Notes: generated from the letters alone by a model not told the origin. A stretch of DNA of 50,545 bases from Candidatus Sumerlaeota bacterium (GCA_007133495.1 SLMS01000111.1:1-50545), one strand, 5' to 3'; positions 19,061-28,061 are shown, counted from the first letter of the stretch. Program-made: numbers and translations.

Positions 19061-22000
19061 ATGAAGACACTTCACCATACGAATGAGATAGCAAAGGCGC
19101 TCCGCGCCCTTCTCGTTCTCTTTTTTCTTTCGGCAATGGGCCCAATCCCCGGCGGAACACTTGTCATTAACGAGTTTGTCGCGTCCAACCATGGAGGGCT
19201 GGCCGACGAAACGGGGGAGACGCCCGACTGGGTTGAGCTGCACAACCCCGGCGCCGAGCCAGTCGCCCTCGAAGGCTGGGGGCTTTCCGACACGGAGGAA
19301 GACCCCCGCCTCTGGGTTTTCGAGAGTGGCTCGGTGGAACCCGGTGGGTTCTTCGTTGTGTTCGCCTCCGGCGAGGACCGGCAAGAAGTCTCCCCACCGC
19401 ACACAAACTTTGCCATCAGTTCCTCCGGCGAGCCGCTCATCCTCACGGATCCACTCGGCGAGGTGGTGGACTTCGTGCCGGAGGTTCCCGTCCCCACCAA
19501 CATCTCCCGCGGCCGCAAGCCGGACGGCGCGGAGGATTGGTTCTATTTTGACCAACCCACGCCCGGCGCGCCCAACACAACACCAGCCGCCACGGAAATA
19601 CTGGACCCTCCAACCTTCTCCCATGATGGCGGATTCTATACGGATCCCTTCGAACTCACCATTGAGACAGACGAGCCGGATGCGGAGATAGTCTATACCC
19701 TCGACGGATCCCTTCCGGACGCCGGCAACCTCGGCGGAACCACCTATCAATACAAGCAGCAGTACCGCGAGGACCGCGACGACCCGGATGGTGAACTGCT
19801 GACTGCCACCTATCAGTCCCACGCCTGGGACGGCGAGCCGCTCCCCATAGTTGACCGGTCGGAGGAACCTGACAGAACCACCGGCATCAATACGACTTGG
19901 CGGCAGGATTACAGCATCATCGCGCCGGACGGGCCGGTGTTCAAGGGCACCGTCGTCCGGGCGCGTGCCGTGAAGGAGGGTGCCATCCCGAGCGGCGTCG
20001 TCACGCACACCTACTTCGTTACGCCTGAAGGCCGGGAGCGTTACTCTCTTCCCGTCATCACTCTCGCAATTCAGGAAGACGAACTCTTCGACTACTACGA
20101 TGGCATCTACGTGGCCGGAATGGACTACGATTCCTGGCGCCCGCACAACCTCCACCTTGCTCCGAGCCACTCCTCCCCTGCCAACTACCACCGGCGCGGT
20201 TTGGAGACTGAGCGTCCTGTATTCTTTGAGTACTATCGTGAGAACGAGGAACACCCCGCTTTGCGGCAGAACCTGGGAACCCGGCTCCACGGTGGGTCCT
20301 CGCGCGTTCAACCGCTCAAGAGCTTCCGGCTCTATGCCCGCCGGGCATATGACGAAACTAACGTGGTCGATTTTCCCCTTCTCCCCGATCTGAGAGACTA
20401 CATCGAGCACCGCCCCATCACGGAGTTTCGCCGCTTCATCCTCCGCAATTCGGGGGCCGACTACTGGCGCACCATGATTCGCGATGCGTTCCAGCACCTT
20501 CTCATCCGCGATATCGGATTCGACTATCAGGAATACCAGCCCTCGATCATTTTCTTGAACGGGGAATTCTGGGGCATCCTCAATATCCGCGAGAGAATCG
20601 ACCGCCATTACCTGGCCCGCCGGCACCGGATCGATCCGGACGACATTGTTCTCCTGACCAGCAACGCGGTGCTCAAGGACGGCGAACCACATCACCGCCA
20701 GGAATATCTAGATCTCCGGACCTTCATAACTCAAAACGACATGAGAGACCCGGAAAACTTCGCTCACGCAGCCGATCAAATGGACATGGAGAACTTCATA
20801 CGGTACAACGCAGCAAAAATATACATGAAGAACACCGACTGGCCCAGCAATAATATAGACTTTTGGCGCAAGGCCACCCCCGACCGCAGCGAAGGCGCGC
20901 CTCCCACGCACGACGGCAGGTGGCGCTGGATCATGTTCGACATGGACGCGGGGTTCGGCGACGCGATGGACTACGATCACACCCACGATACCCTGAGCTT
21001 CGCCACCGAGCCCGGCGGGGTTTCCTGGCCCAACCCCGATTGGTCCACAACCATGCTCCGCAACCTGCTCCAGAACGAAGGCTTCCGGAATGACTTCGTG
21101 AACGAACTGGCCGACCGCATGAACACCATCTACCGTCGGGAGCATTTCGAGCCCCTCCTGGACGAAACCTACGGCCGCATCTTCCCACACATGAACGAGC
21201 ACCGCGAGCGCTGGCGCACCAGCGCCGGCCGTAGCCCGGAGTTCATGCGCCACTTCGGCCGTGAACGCCCCGAATGGATGAAGCTCCACACGGTGAACTA
21301 CTTCGCCCTGCCCGGCACCGCCGAAATTACACTCGATACGCCCGCCCCCCGGCGCGGCAGCATCCGGATCAGCAACCTTCTCATCGAACCTCAGCTCGAA
21401 GGGCTACCCGACCCCAACCGCCCCTTCCCGTGGACGGGGACCTACTTCCAAGGCATTCCGGTCGAGATCGAAGCCATCCCCAAGGCTGGGTACCAATTCT
21501 CCCACTGGGAGGGATATCTCACGGGGGAGGATGCCAACTTGACGCTCGAGCCCCCCGAGGAGCTATCCGCCACGGCCATTTTCCTCCCCGATCCGGACTA
21601 CCCCTGGGAGGAGCTACTCCCCCAGCCGCACCCGCTGCGCGAGGAGCCCTACGAGTTCCGCTACTGGCCGCGCACTGCCGAGCCGGGCACCCACCCCCCG
21701 GCGATGGTCTTCCGCCAGACCGCCCAGGCGGACCCTCTTCTCCCCGATCCGGGCGAAAACATCTGGAGCCATCCATACGACCTCGAAAGCCGCAGCCGCG
21801 TTACCGGTCTCCACGGTCTCGGGGCCGCCTTTATCAACACTTCCAATCCGCAGGAGGGCGGCGGAGGGTACGTCACCGGGGCGGAACTGGTCCTGGATAC
21901 CCGGGGTGTCACCGCGGCGGAAGTGTCCTTCACGGCAGGGACCATCCTGCCCAATGAGCGCACCTACGCCCTGCGGCTCCAACACCGTGTCGGCCCGGAG

Positions 22001-22255
22001 GGGAGGTTCCGCGACCTCCTCGACACCGCCGGGGACCCCATCGAATACGTCCGCAACCCCGAGGAGGGCCACGAGCAGGAATTCGGGCCGATCGCGCTCC
22101 CGGAGGAGCTTCTCGGCCAGCGATGGGTCTCACTAAAATGGAAGTATCACTTCATTAAAACGGGCGTAAGTGGGCCAAGAGCAATGCTCTCCCTGCGCGC
22201 TATTGTTGTGGAGGGCGAGCTGGCACCCGAGACCCCGGCTTGGGTGTTTCGATGA
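19061..22255 (+). CDS. Secreted CotH-family kinase, paralogue 3
   Basis: Colinear with paralogues 1 and 2; NTDWPSNN and WRWIMFDMD; ends TPAWVFR. Confidence 0.9.
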   Translation: MKTLHHTNEIAKALRALLVLFFLSAMGPIPGGTLVINEFVASNHGGLADETGETPDWVELHNPGAEPVALEGWGLSDTEEDPRLWVFESGSVEPGGFFVVFASGEDRQEVSPPHTNFAISSSGEPLILTDPLGEVVDFVPEVPVPTNISRGRKPDGAEDWFYFDQPTPGAPNTTPAATEILDPPTFSHDGGFYTDPFELTIETDEPDAEIVYTLDGSLPDAGNLGGTTYQYKQQYREDRDDPDGELLTATYQSHAWDGEPLPIVDRSEEPDRTTGINTTWRQDYSIIAPDGPVFKGTVVRARAVKEGAIPSGVVTHTYFVTPEGRERYSLPVITLAIQEDELFDYYDGIYVAGMDYDSWRPHNLHLAPSHSSPANYHRRGLETERPVFFEYYRENEEHPALRQNLGTRLHGGSSRVQPLKSFRLYARRAYDETNVVDFPLLPDLRDYIEHRPITEFRRFILRNSGADYWRTMIRDAFQHLLIRDIGFDYQEYQPSIIFLNGEFWGILNIRERIDRHYLARRHRIDPDDIVLLTSNAVLKDGEPHHRQEYLDLRTFITQNDMRDPENFAHAADQMDMENFIRYNAAKIYMKNTDWPSNNIDFWRKATPDRSEGAPPTHDGRWRWIMFDMDAGFGDAMDYDHTHDTLSFATEPGGVSWPNPDWSTTMLRNLLQNEGFRNDFVNELADRMNTIYRREHFEPLLDETYGRIFPHMNEHRERWRTSAGRSPEFMRHFGRERPEWMKLHTVNYFALPGTAEITLDTPAPRRGSIRISNLLIEPQLEGLPDPNRPFPWTGTYFQGIPVEIEAIPKAGYQFSHWEGYLTGEDANLTLEPPEELSATAIFLPDPDYPWEELLPQPHPLREEPYEFRYWPRTAEPGTHPPAMVFRQTAQADPLLPDPGENIWSHPYDLESRSRVTGLHGLGAAFINTSNPQEGGGGYVTGAELVLDTRGVTAAEVSFTAGTILPNERTYALRLQHRVGPEGRFRDLLDTAGDPIEYVRNPEEGHEQEFGPIALPEELLGQRWVSLKWKYHFIKTGVSGPRAMLSLRAIVVEGELAPETPAWVFR

Positions 22256-22303
22256 GACACAGGCCTTTCCTGCCCCGGGGGCCAAAAAATCCGATCCGCG
22301 GGG

Positions 22304-22332
22304 TTGACAGGGACCACCGGAGCTGAAATGAT
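22304..22332 (+). promoter_or_regulatory. Putative sigma70-type promoter of the ect-ehu operon
   Basis: TTGACA at 22304-22309, a 17-bp GC-rich spacer, and a weak -10 AATGAT (22327-22332) preceded by TGn. Confidence 0.45.
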
Positions 22333-22433
22333 TACAGGCGAAATGAAGCGGCATCAAAATTGTTCCCACGCTGACCAGAAACGGGGAACGTGCCGCCCCA
22401 CCGGGCAGATGTCCCAAAAAGCCACGGATAGCC

Positions 22434-23084
22434 ATGTCTCGCAGCACTAACTACATACCATCAACGGCCCCGGCGGGCTCCTCCGCCGTGGTGCCGGCCT
22501 CCAGGAGGGAAGCCGGTACCGAGGGGGACCCCCCAACTACCGGGCCGGAACGGCGTGCGGAACACGGCTGCCAGCTAAGGGTTCTGCACTCCATCCGGCG
22601 AATCATCCGCTCAGTCGATCTCTACTCCAAGCAGCTCTCCGGCTGCCACGGCATCACGGTGCCGCAGTTGGTGGCGCTTTTGGCCGTGTGCGAGCACGGT
22701 TCGCTGACCGTAACCGGGCTTGGCAAGCTGGTCCACGTCAGCCCGAGCACCCTGATCGGTGTGGTGGACAGGCTGGAGGAGAAGGGGCTGGTGGTCCGCG
22801 AGCGCAGCGGGAGGGACCGCCGGCTCGTGCACCTCTACCCGACCGAGGCGGGGATGGAACTGGCCCGGAGTTCGCCCTCTCCGCTGCAGCAGGGTCTTGT
22901 GGAGGCTCTCGACGCCCTGCCCGAGGATGAGCAGGCCATGCTGGCCTCCGCTCTGGAACGCATCGTGGACCTCATGGAAACCGGAAGGCTTGGGGGCGTT
23001 CCCGTGCCCGAAGCGGCAGATGTCGGCGTCGCCGAAAGCGCATTCTGCCCGGACGAAACCACTCGACTGGAGCACGAACCTTGA
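22434..23084 (+). CDS. ectR: MarR-family regulator of the ectoine cluster
   Basis: SIRRIIRSVDLYSKQL..GITVPQL and VSPSTLIGVVDRLEEKGLV.RERS..DRR...PSPLQ; lies directly upstream of, and overlaps, ectA. Confidence 0.85.
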   Translation: MSRSTNYIPSTAPAGSSAVVPASRREAGTEGDPPTTGPERRAEHGCQLRVLHSIRRIIRSVDLYSKQLSGCHGITVPQLVALLAVCEHGSLTVTGLGKLVHVSPSTLIGVVDRLEEKGLVVRERSGRDRRLVHLYPTEAGMELARSSPSPLQQGLVEALDALPEDEQAMLASALERIVDLMETGRLGGVPVPEAADVGVAESAFCPDETTRLEHEP

Positions 23085-23632
23085 CCAGCACGACGCAACC
23101 GGACAAGGAGTCCGGCACGGACATCGCATTCCGCCTTCCCAGGAGCGAGGACGGGGCCCGCATGCTGGAGCTGGTCAAGGCCAGCCCGCCGCTGGAGCCC
23201 AACACCTGCTACGCGTACCTTCTGTTGTGTCATCACTTTCGCGAGACGTGCGTGGTGGCAGAGCAGGAGGGCGAGTTGCGGGGGTTCGTGGTGGGCTACC
23301 GCCCGCCAAAGGAGCCGGACACCGTTTTCGTCTGGCAGATCGCCGTCAGCTCGAAAGCCCGGGGACAGGGACTTGGCAAACGCCTCCTCGAGCAACTCCT
23401 CGCAGCACAGCCCGAGGGCAGCGTTCGCTACCTGACCTCGACGGTGACACCAGACAACGAACCTTCCGCGCGCCTGTTCCGCTCCTACGCGGAAAAACTC
23501 GGCGTTCCGTGCGAGGAATCAAAACTCTTCGGTGCGGAAGCCTTCGGAAAAGACCAACACCACGAGGAGGAACACCTCTTCCGAATCGGGCCGCTCCCCG
23601 GCAGCGGCCGCACACCTCACACACCCCTCTAA
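23081..23632 (+). CDS. ectA: Diaminobutyrate acetyltransferase
   Basis: GNAT fold with PLEPNTCYAYLLLCHHF.ETCVVA, FVWQIAV..ARGQGLG and TVTPDN..S..LF; precedes ectB. Confidence 0.93.
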   Translation: MTSTTQPDKESGTDIAFRLPRSEDGARMLELVKASPPLEPNTCYAYLLLCHHFRETCVVAEQEGELRGFVVGYRPPKEPDTVFVWQIAVSSKARGQGLGKRLLEQLLAAQPEGSVRYLTSTVTPDNEPSARLFRSYAEKLGVPCEESKLFGAEAFGKDQHHEEEHLFRIGPLPGSGRTPHTPL

Positions 23633-23652
23633 GGACCAGGGAGTACACAACC

Positions 23653-24951
23653 ATGGAAATCTTCAACAGACTCGAATCCGAAGTTCGCGGCTACATCCGC
23701 TCCTTCCCCACCGTCTTCACCGAAGCGAAGGGCGCCCTCCTGACCAATGAAGAAGGCAACGAGTACGTTGACTTCTTCGCCGGTGCGGGTTCGCTCAACT
23801 ACGGACACAACAACCCCGTGCTCAAGGAGCACCTCATCGCCTACATGGAGAGCGACGGGGTCACTCACGGGCTCGATATGGCCACGGAGGCCAAGCAGGC
23901 TTTCCTCCAGACCTTCGAGGACAAAATCCTGCGCCCGCGCAACATGCGCTACAAGATCCAGTTCACCGGCCCCACCGGCACCAACGCCGTCGAGGCGGCC
24001 CTCAAGCTCGCCCGCATGGTGAAGAAGCGCGAAAACGTCATCTCCTTCACCCACGGGTTTCATGGCCTTTCGATGGGGTCGCTCGGGGCCACCAGCAACC
24101 GCAAGTTCCGCGAATCCGCCGGGATGACGCCCCCGGGCGTGACCTTCCTCCCCTTCGACGGATACCTGGGTGAGGACATCGACACGACCGAGTACCTGGA
24201 GAAAGTCCTGACGGACCCCGGCTCGGGCGTGGACCTGCCCGCCGCGGTCATCGTCGAAACCGTCCAGGGCGAAGGCGGCGTCAACGTCGCCAGCTTCGAA
24301 TGGCTGCGTTCGCTGGAGCAGGTCTGCCGCAACCACGGCATCCTGCTGATCGTGGACGACATTCAGGTGGGCTGCGGGCGCACCGGGCCGTTCTTCAGCT
24401 TCGAGAAGGCCGGCATCTCGCCCGACATCATCACGCTCTCCAAGTCGCTCAGTGGCTACGGCCTCCCGATGTCCATCGTCCTGATGAAGCCGGAACTCGA
24501 CATCTGGAAGCCGGGCGCCCACACGGGCACCTTCCGCGGCAACAACCTGGCCTTCGTGACCGCGAAGGCCGCCATCGACGAGTACTGGAGCGACGACCGC
24601 TTCACCAAGGAAGTCGAGGCAAAGGCCAAGCTCATGCGCGATTGGCTCGAACACATCGCCGAGAGCTACCCCGAAGGCGGCTTCTCCGTGCGCGGCCGCG
24701 GCATGGTCCAGGCCATCTGCACCGAGGAAGACCACAGCCTGGCGGACAAGATCACCGCCGCAGCCTTCAAGCGCGGCCTGGTCATCGAGACCTCCGGATC
24801 GAACAGCGAGGCGATTAAATTGCTGCCTTCGCTGACGATCGAGGAAGATCTGCTTGAAAAGGGCCTCCAGCTTTTGGAGGAAAGCGTTGTTGAGATTCTG
24901 GGCGTCAAGCCGGCGCCCTACAGCCGAATGACAGCAGGAGCAAAAAAGTAA
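23653..24951 (+). CDS. ectB: Diaminobutyrate--2-oxoglutarate transaminase
   Basis: MEIFNRLESEVRGYIRSFP, DFFAGAGSLNYGHNNP, GPTGTNAVEAALK, DDIQVGCGRTG, SKSLSG. True start at ATG 23653 after GGGAG, not 22759. Confidence 0.96.
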   Translation: MEIFNRLESEVRGYIRSFPTVFTEAKGALLTNEEGNEYVDFFAGAGSLNYGHNNPVLKEHLIAYMESDGVTHGLDMATEAKQAFLQTFEDKILRPRNMRYKIQFTGPTGTNAVEAALKLARMVKKRENVISFTHGFHGLSMGSLGATSNRKFRESAGMTPPGVTFLPFDGYLGEDIDTTEYLEKVLTDPGSGVDLPAAVIVETVQGEGGVNVASFEWLRSLEQVCRNHGILLIVDDIQVGCGRTGPFFSFEKAGISPDIITLSKSLSGYGLPMSIVLMKPELDIWKPGAHTGTFRGNNLAFVTAKAAIDEYWSDDRFTKEVEAKAKLMRDWLEHIAESYPEGGFSVRGRGMVQAICTEEDHSLADKITAAAFKRGLVIETSGSNSEAIKLLPSLTIEEDLLEKGLQLLEESVVEILGVKPAPYSRMTAGAKK

Positions 24952-24952
24952 T

Positions 24953-25411
24953 ATGATCGTACGCACCGTAGAAGAAACCTTCGGCACCGACGCCGAGGTC
25001 AAAACCCCCAACTGGGTCAGCAGAAGGCTGCTGCTCAAACGCGACGGGATGGGGTACTCCGTCCACGAGACCACGATCTACGCGGGCACGGAAACCTACA
25101 TCTGGTACAAGAACCACCTTGAGGCAGTCTTCTGCGTCGCGGGCGAAGGCGAAGTGGAACTGATCCCCAGCGGCGAGAAGTTCCGCATCGTGCCGGGCAC
25201 GATCTACGCCCTCGACAAGCACGACAAACATTACCTGCGGGCCTTCAAGGACCTGCGGCTCGTGTGTGTGTTCGGTCCGGCGCTCACCGGGCGGGAGGTT
25301 CACGACGAGGAAGGTGTTTATCCGCTGATCGAGGAGGAAGAGGAGACCGTCATCGAAGAGGAAGTGACGCTGGAGAAAGACAAGCAGGGAGGTAACTCCG
25401 CCAGCGCCTGA
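24953..25411 (+). CDS. ectC: Ectoine synthase
   Basis: MIVR..W.SRRLLLK.DGMGYS.HET.I..WYKNHLEAV.C..G.G..YALDKHDKH.LRA..CVF.P.LTGREVHD. Confidence 0.96.
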   Translation: MIVRTVEETFGTDAEVKTPNWVSRRLLLKRDGMGYSVHETTIYAGTETYIWYKNHLEAVFCVAGEGEVELIPSGEKFRIVPGTIYALDKHDKHYLRAFKDLRLVCVFGPALTGREVHDEEGVYPLIEEEEETVIEEEVTLEKDKQGGNSASA

Positions 25412-25446
25412 CTTCCCCCTCCCCGACCCCGTATCGTTGGCCGTAC

Positions 25447-25484
25447 CACGCGAGCCTGCTTCCATTGCGAAGCAGGCTCGCGTG
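25447..25484. other. Perfect 16-bp stem-loop between ectC and ectD
   Basis: CACGCGAGCCTGCTTC-cattgc-GAAGCAGGCTCGCGTG, with no following U tract. Confidence 0.75.
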
Positions 25485-25524
25485 TCCCCAACAAAATCCC
25501 GAAGCCGAAGGAGGACCAGACATC

Positions 25525-26451
25525 ATGGCAATTGTCCAGGACCTGTATCCCTCGCGCCAACAGGACAAGCCTGAGATCATCGAACGGAAGGACCCGGTGA
25601 TCAACACAAGGCCGGAGGATGCAGACGGCTCCGGCCTCACTGCCGAGCAACTCCGGCAGTACGAAAGGGACGGTTTCATCGCCCTCCCGCAGTTCTTCAC
25701 CCCCGAGGAGGTCGCTGTATTCCGTAAGGAACTGACCCGGATGACGAACGACCCCGAGACCATCCGGCGGCAGGAAGCGGTGAAGGAGCCCAACAGCGAC
25801 ATCGTCCGCTCGATCTTCTGCGTGCACAAGCTCAGCTCGCTCTTCGACCGGCTCAGCCGGCACCCCCGCCTGCTCGCCATCGCCGGGCAGATTCTCGGCG
25901 GCGGCGTTTACATCCACCAGTCGCGCGTCAACATGAAGCCGGGCTTCAAGGGCCAGGGATTCTACTGGCACTCGGACTTCGAAACGTGGCACGTTGAGGA
26001 CGGTCTGCCGCGGATGCGCACGGTGAGCTGCTCGATCACCCTGACCGAGAACAACGAGTTCAACGGGCCGCTCATGCTCATTCCGGGCTCCCAGAACCAC
26101 TATATCGCTTGCGTGGGGGAGACTCCCGAGGACAACTACAAGAGTTCGCTCCGCGCCCAGAAGGTCGGTACGCCGGACGACGAAAGCCTCACCCAGCTCG
26201 CAGAAAGCGGCGGCATCAAGGCCCCCAAGGGACCCGCTGGCACCGTCCTCCTCTTTGACTGCAACACCATGCACGGCTCGAACAGCAACATTTCTCCTTT
26301 CCCCCGCAGCAACGTGTTCTTTGTGTACAACAGTATCGAGAATGCGCCGGTGGAGCCGTGGTCCGGCCAGAAGCCCAGGCCCCCCTTCATCGCCGAACGA
26401 GAGGACATCAGCCCCCTCGAACCCACTCAGAACCCGGACTTCGTATCATGA
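25525..26451 (+). CDS. ectD: Ectoine hydroxylase
   Basis: EctD signature FYWHSDFETWHVEDGLP, plus DLYPSR and DCNTMHGSNSNISPFPRSNVF. Start at ATG 25525 after AAGGAGG. Confidence 0.96.
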   Translation: MAIVQDLYPSRQQDKPEIIERKDPVINTRPEDADGSGLTAEQLRQYERDGFIALPQFFTPEEVAVFRKELTRMTNDPETIRRQEAVKEPNSDIVRSIFCVHKLSSLFDRLSRHPRLLAIAGQILGGGVYIHQSRVNMKPGFKGQGFYWHSDFETWHVEDGLPRMRTVSCSITLTENNEFNGPLMLIPGSQNHYIACVGETPEDNYKSSLRAQKVGTPDDESLTQLAESGGIKAPKGPAGTVLLFDCNTMHGSNSNISPFPRSNVFFVYNSIENAPVEPWSGQKPRPPFIAEREDISPLEPTQNPDFVS

Positions 26452-27362
26452 TCCCAACACTTCTCCGCCCAGCAACAGCCGGCACGTCAGGACAGGGGCT
26501 TCTCCCTGTCCTGGCGCTATCCCTTCTCGTCCTCGGCCTTGCCGGCTGCGGCCCACGGGACGAGCGCAGCACCCTTGAGCGCATCCGCGAGGACGGTGTC
26601 GTCCGCGTCGGCTTCGCCAACGAGGCACCCTACGGCTTCACCGACACCGCCACTGGCCGTGTCACCGGCGAAGCGCCCGAAATTGCCCGTGTCATCCTTG
26701 CCGACATGGGCGTGGAGGACATGGACGGAGTCCAGACCGAGTTCGGCTCGCTCATTCCCGGGCTCAACGCCGGGCGGTTCGACATCGTCGCCGCCGGCAT
26801 GTACATCCTGCCGGATCGGTGCGAGCAGGTGGCCTTCTCCAACCCGACCTACGGCATCGGAGAGGCGCTCGTCGTTCCCGCCGGCAACCCCAAGGCTCTG
26901 CACAGCTACGAGGACATCCGCGATAACGAGGACGCCACCATCGGGGTCGTTGTCGGGGCCATTCAATGGGATTACGCCTTGGACATGGACATCCCCGAAA
27001 ATCGGATCGAGCGCTTCCCGGACCACACCAGCGCCGTCGCGGGGGTCCGTAGCGGCCGGGTGGACGCCTATGCCGGGACCGCCTTGACCGTGCAGCGCAT
27101 CATCGACCGCGACGAGACGGGCGAGATCGAGCGCGCCGACCCCTTCGAGAATCCCGTCATTGATGGCGAAGAGGTGCGCGGTTACGGCGCTTTCGCCTTC
27201 CGGCAGGAAGACCAGGACATGGTTGCCGAGTTCAACGCACGGCTTGCCGATTTCATCGGCAGCGAGGAACACCTCGAACTCGTCCGCGATTTCGGCTTCA
27301 CGGAGGAGGAACTCCCGGGGGATGTCACCGCGGAGGAACTCTGCGCCCGCGGCGAATCGTAA
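26448..27362 (+). CDS. ehuB: Ectoine/hydroxyectoine ABC transporter substrate-binding lipoprotein
   Basis: Lipobox LAGC, GFANEAPYGF, TEFGSLIPGL.AGRFD, MYILPDRCEQVAFSNP. ATGA overlap with ectD. Confidence 0.9.
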   Translation: MIPTLLRPATAGTSGQGLLPVLALSLLVLGLAGCGPRDERSTLERIREDGVVRVGFANEAPYGFTDTATGRVTGEAPEIARVILADMGVEDMDGVQTEFGSLIPGLNAGRFDIVAAGMYILPDRCEQVAFSNPTYGIGEALVVPAGNPKALHSYEDIRDNEDATIGVVVGAIQWDYALDMDIPENRIERFPDHTSAVAGVRSGRVDAYAGTALTVQRIIDRDETGEIERADPFENPVIDGEEVRGYGAFAFRQEDQDMVAEFNARLADFIGSEEHLELVRDFGFTEEELPGDVTAEELCARGES

Positions 27363-27383
27363 GAGGATAGCCCGCACGAGCCA

Positions 27384-28058
27384 GTGCTAGAGTCTCTCGA
27401 ATTCATTGTCCGGATACTTCCGGTACTCTTCCAGGGTCTGCTTATTACCATCCAGTTGACGCTGGGTGGTATCTTTCTGGCCATCGTCATGTCGTTCGCC
27501 GCGGGGCTTGGCAAGCTATCCAAGTTCTTTCCCCTGCGCTGGCTCTGCATTGCATATATCGAGGTCTTTCGCGGCACCTCCGCCCTGGTGCAGCTTTTCT
27601 GGTTCTACTACGTCCTGCCGTTTCTCGGCATGGATATTACGGCCTTCCAGGCGGGGGTTATTGTCCTTGGCCTGAATGCCGGCTCCTACGGGGCGGAGGT
27701 CGTCCGTGGGGCGATCCAGTCGGTTCCAAAAGGCCAGTACGAAGCGGCCATTGCCCTGAACTTCACTCCCCTGCAGCGCCTCTGGCGCATCATCATCCCA
27801 CAGGCCGTGGTCTCCATGATCCCGCCCATGGGGACCATTTTCATCGAGTTGCTCAAGAACACCGCCCTGGCCGCGCTGGTCACCCTTGGTGAGCTGACCT
27901 TCGTCGCCAGGCAAATCCGCGACGACACGCTTCGCACCACGGAGGTCTTCGGCACCATCCTCATCATCTATTTCGCCGTGGCACTTTGCATCACCGCCGT
28001 TATGCGGACAGGTGAATGGTGGTTCTCCCGCGGTCTGGACAGGGGAGGCATCCGCTAG
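27384..28058 (+). CDS. ehuC: Ectoine/hydroxyectoine ABC transporter permease
   Basis: YIEVFRGTSALVQLFW and LGLN.GSYGAEVVRGAI; gene context. Confidence 0.88.
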   Translation: MLESLEFIVRILPVLFQGLLITIQLTLGGIFLAIVMSFAAGLGKLSKFFPLRWLCIAYIEVFRGTSALVQLFWFYYVLPFLGMDITAFQAGVIVLGLNAGSYGAEVVRGAIQSVPKGQYEAAIALNFTPLQRLWRIIIPQAVVSMIPPMGTIFIELLKNTALAALVTLGELTFVARQIRDDTLRTTEVFGTILIIYFAVALCITAVMRTGEWWFSRGLDRGGIR

Positions 28059-28061
28059 GCC

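Noticed and set aside
12485-22255. Repeats among the CotH genes, and 64-198 vs 2007-2141, as DGR template/variable repeats or assembly duplicates
   Set aside because: There is no reverse transcriptase in the window, differences are not adenine-specific and include many synonymous changes, and the copies are too divergent to be assembly artefacts.
12485-22255. CotH as evidence of sporulation
   Set aside because: CotH domains are widespread in non-sporulating bacteria. These copies have Sec signals, no sporulation genes are present, and lptB indicates an outer membrane.
22759-23652. Apparent 730-aa EctB with a long N-terminal extension, or an ectA-ectB fusion
   Set aside because: The extension overlaps ectR and ectA in other frames and reads as junk; the canonical EctB start with SD is at 23653.
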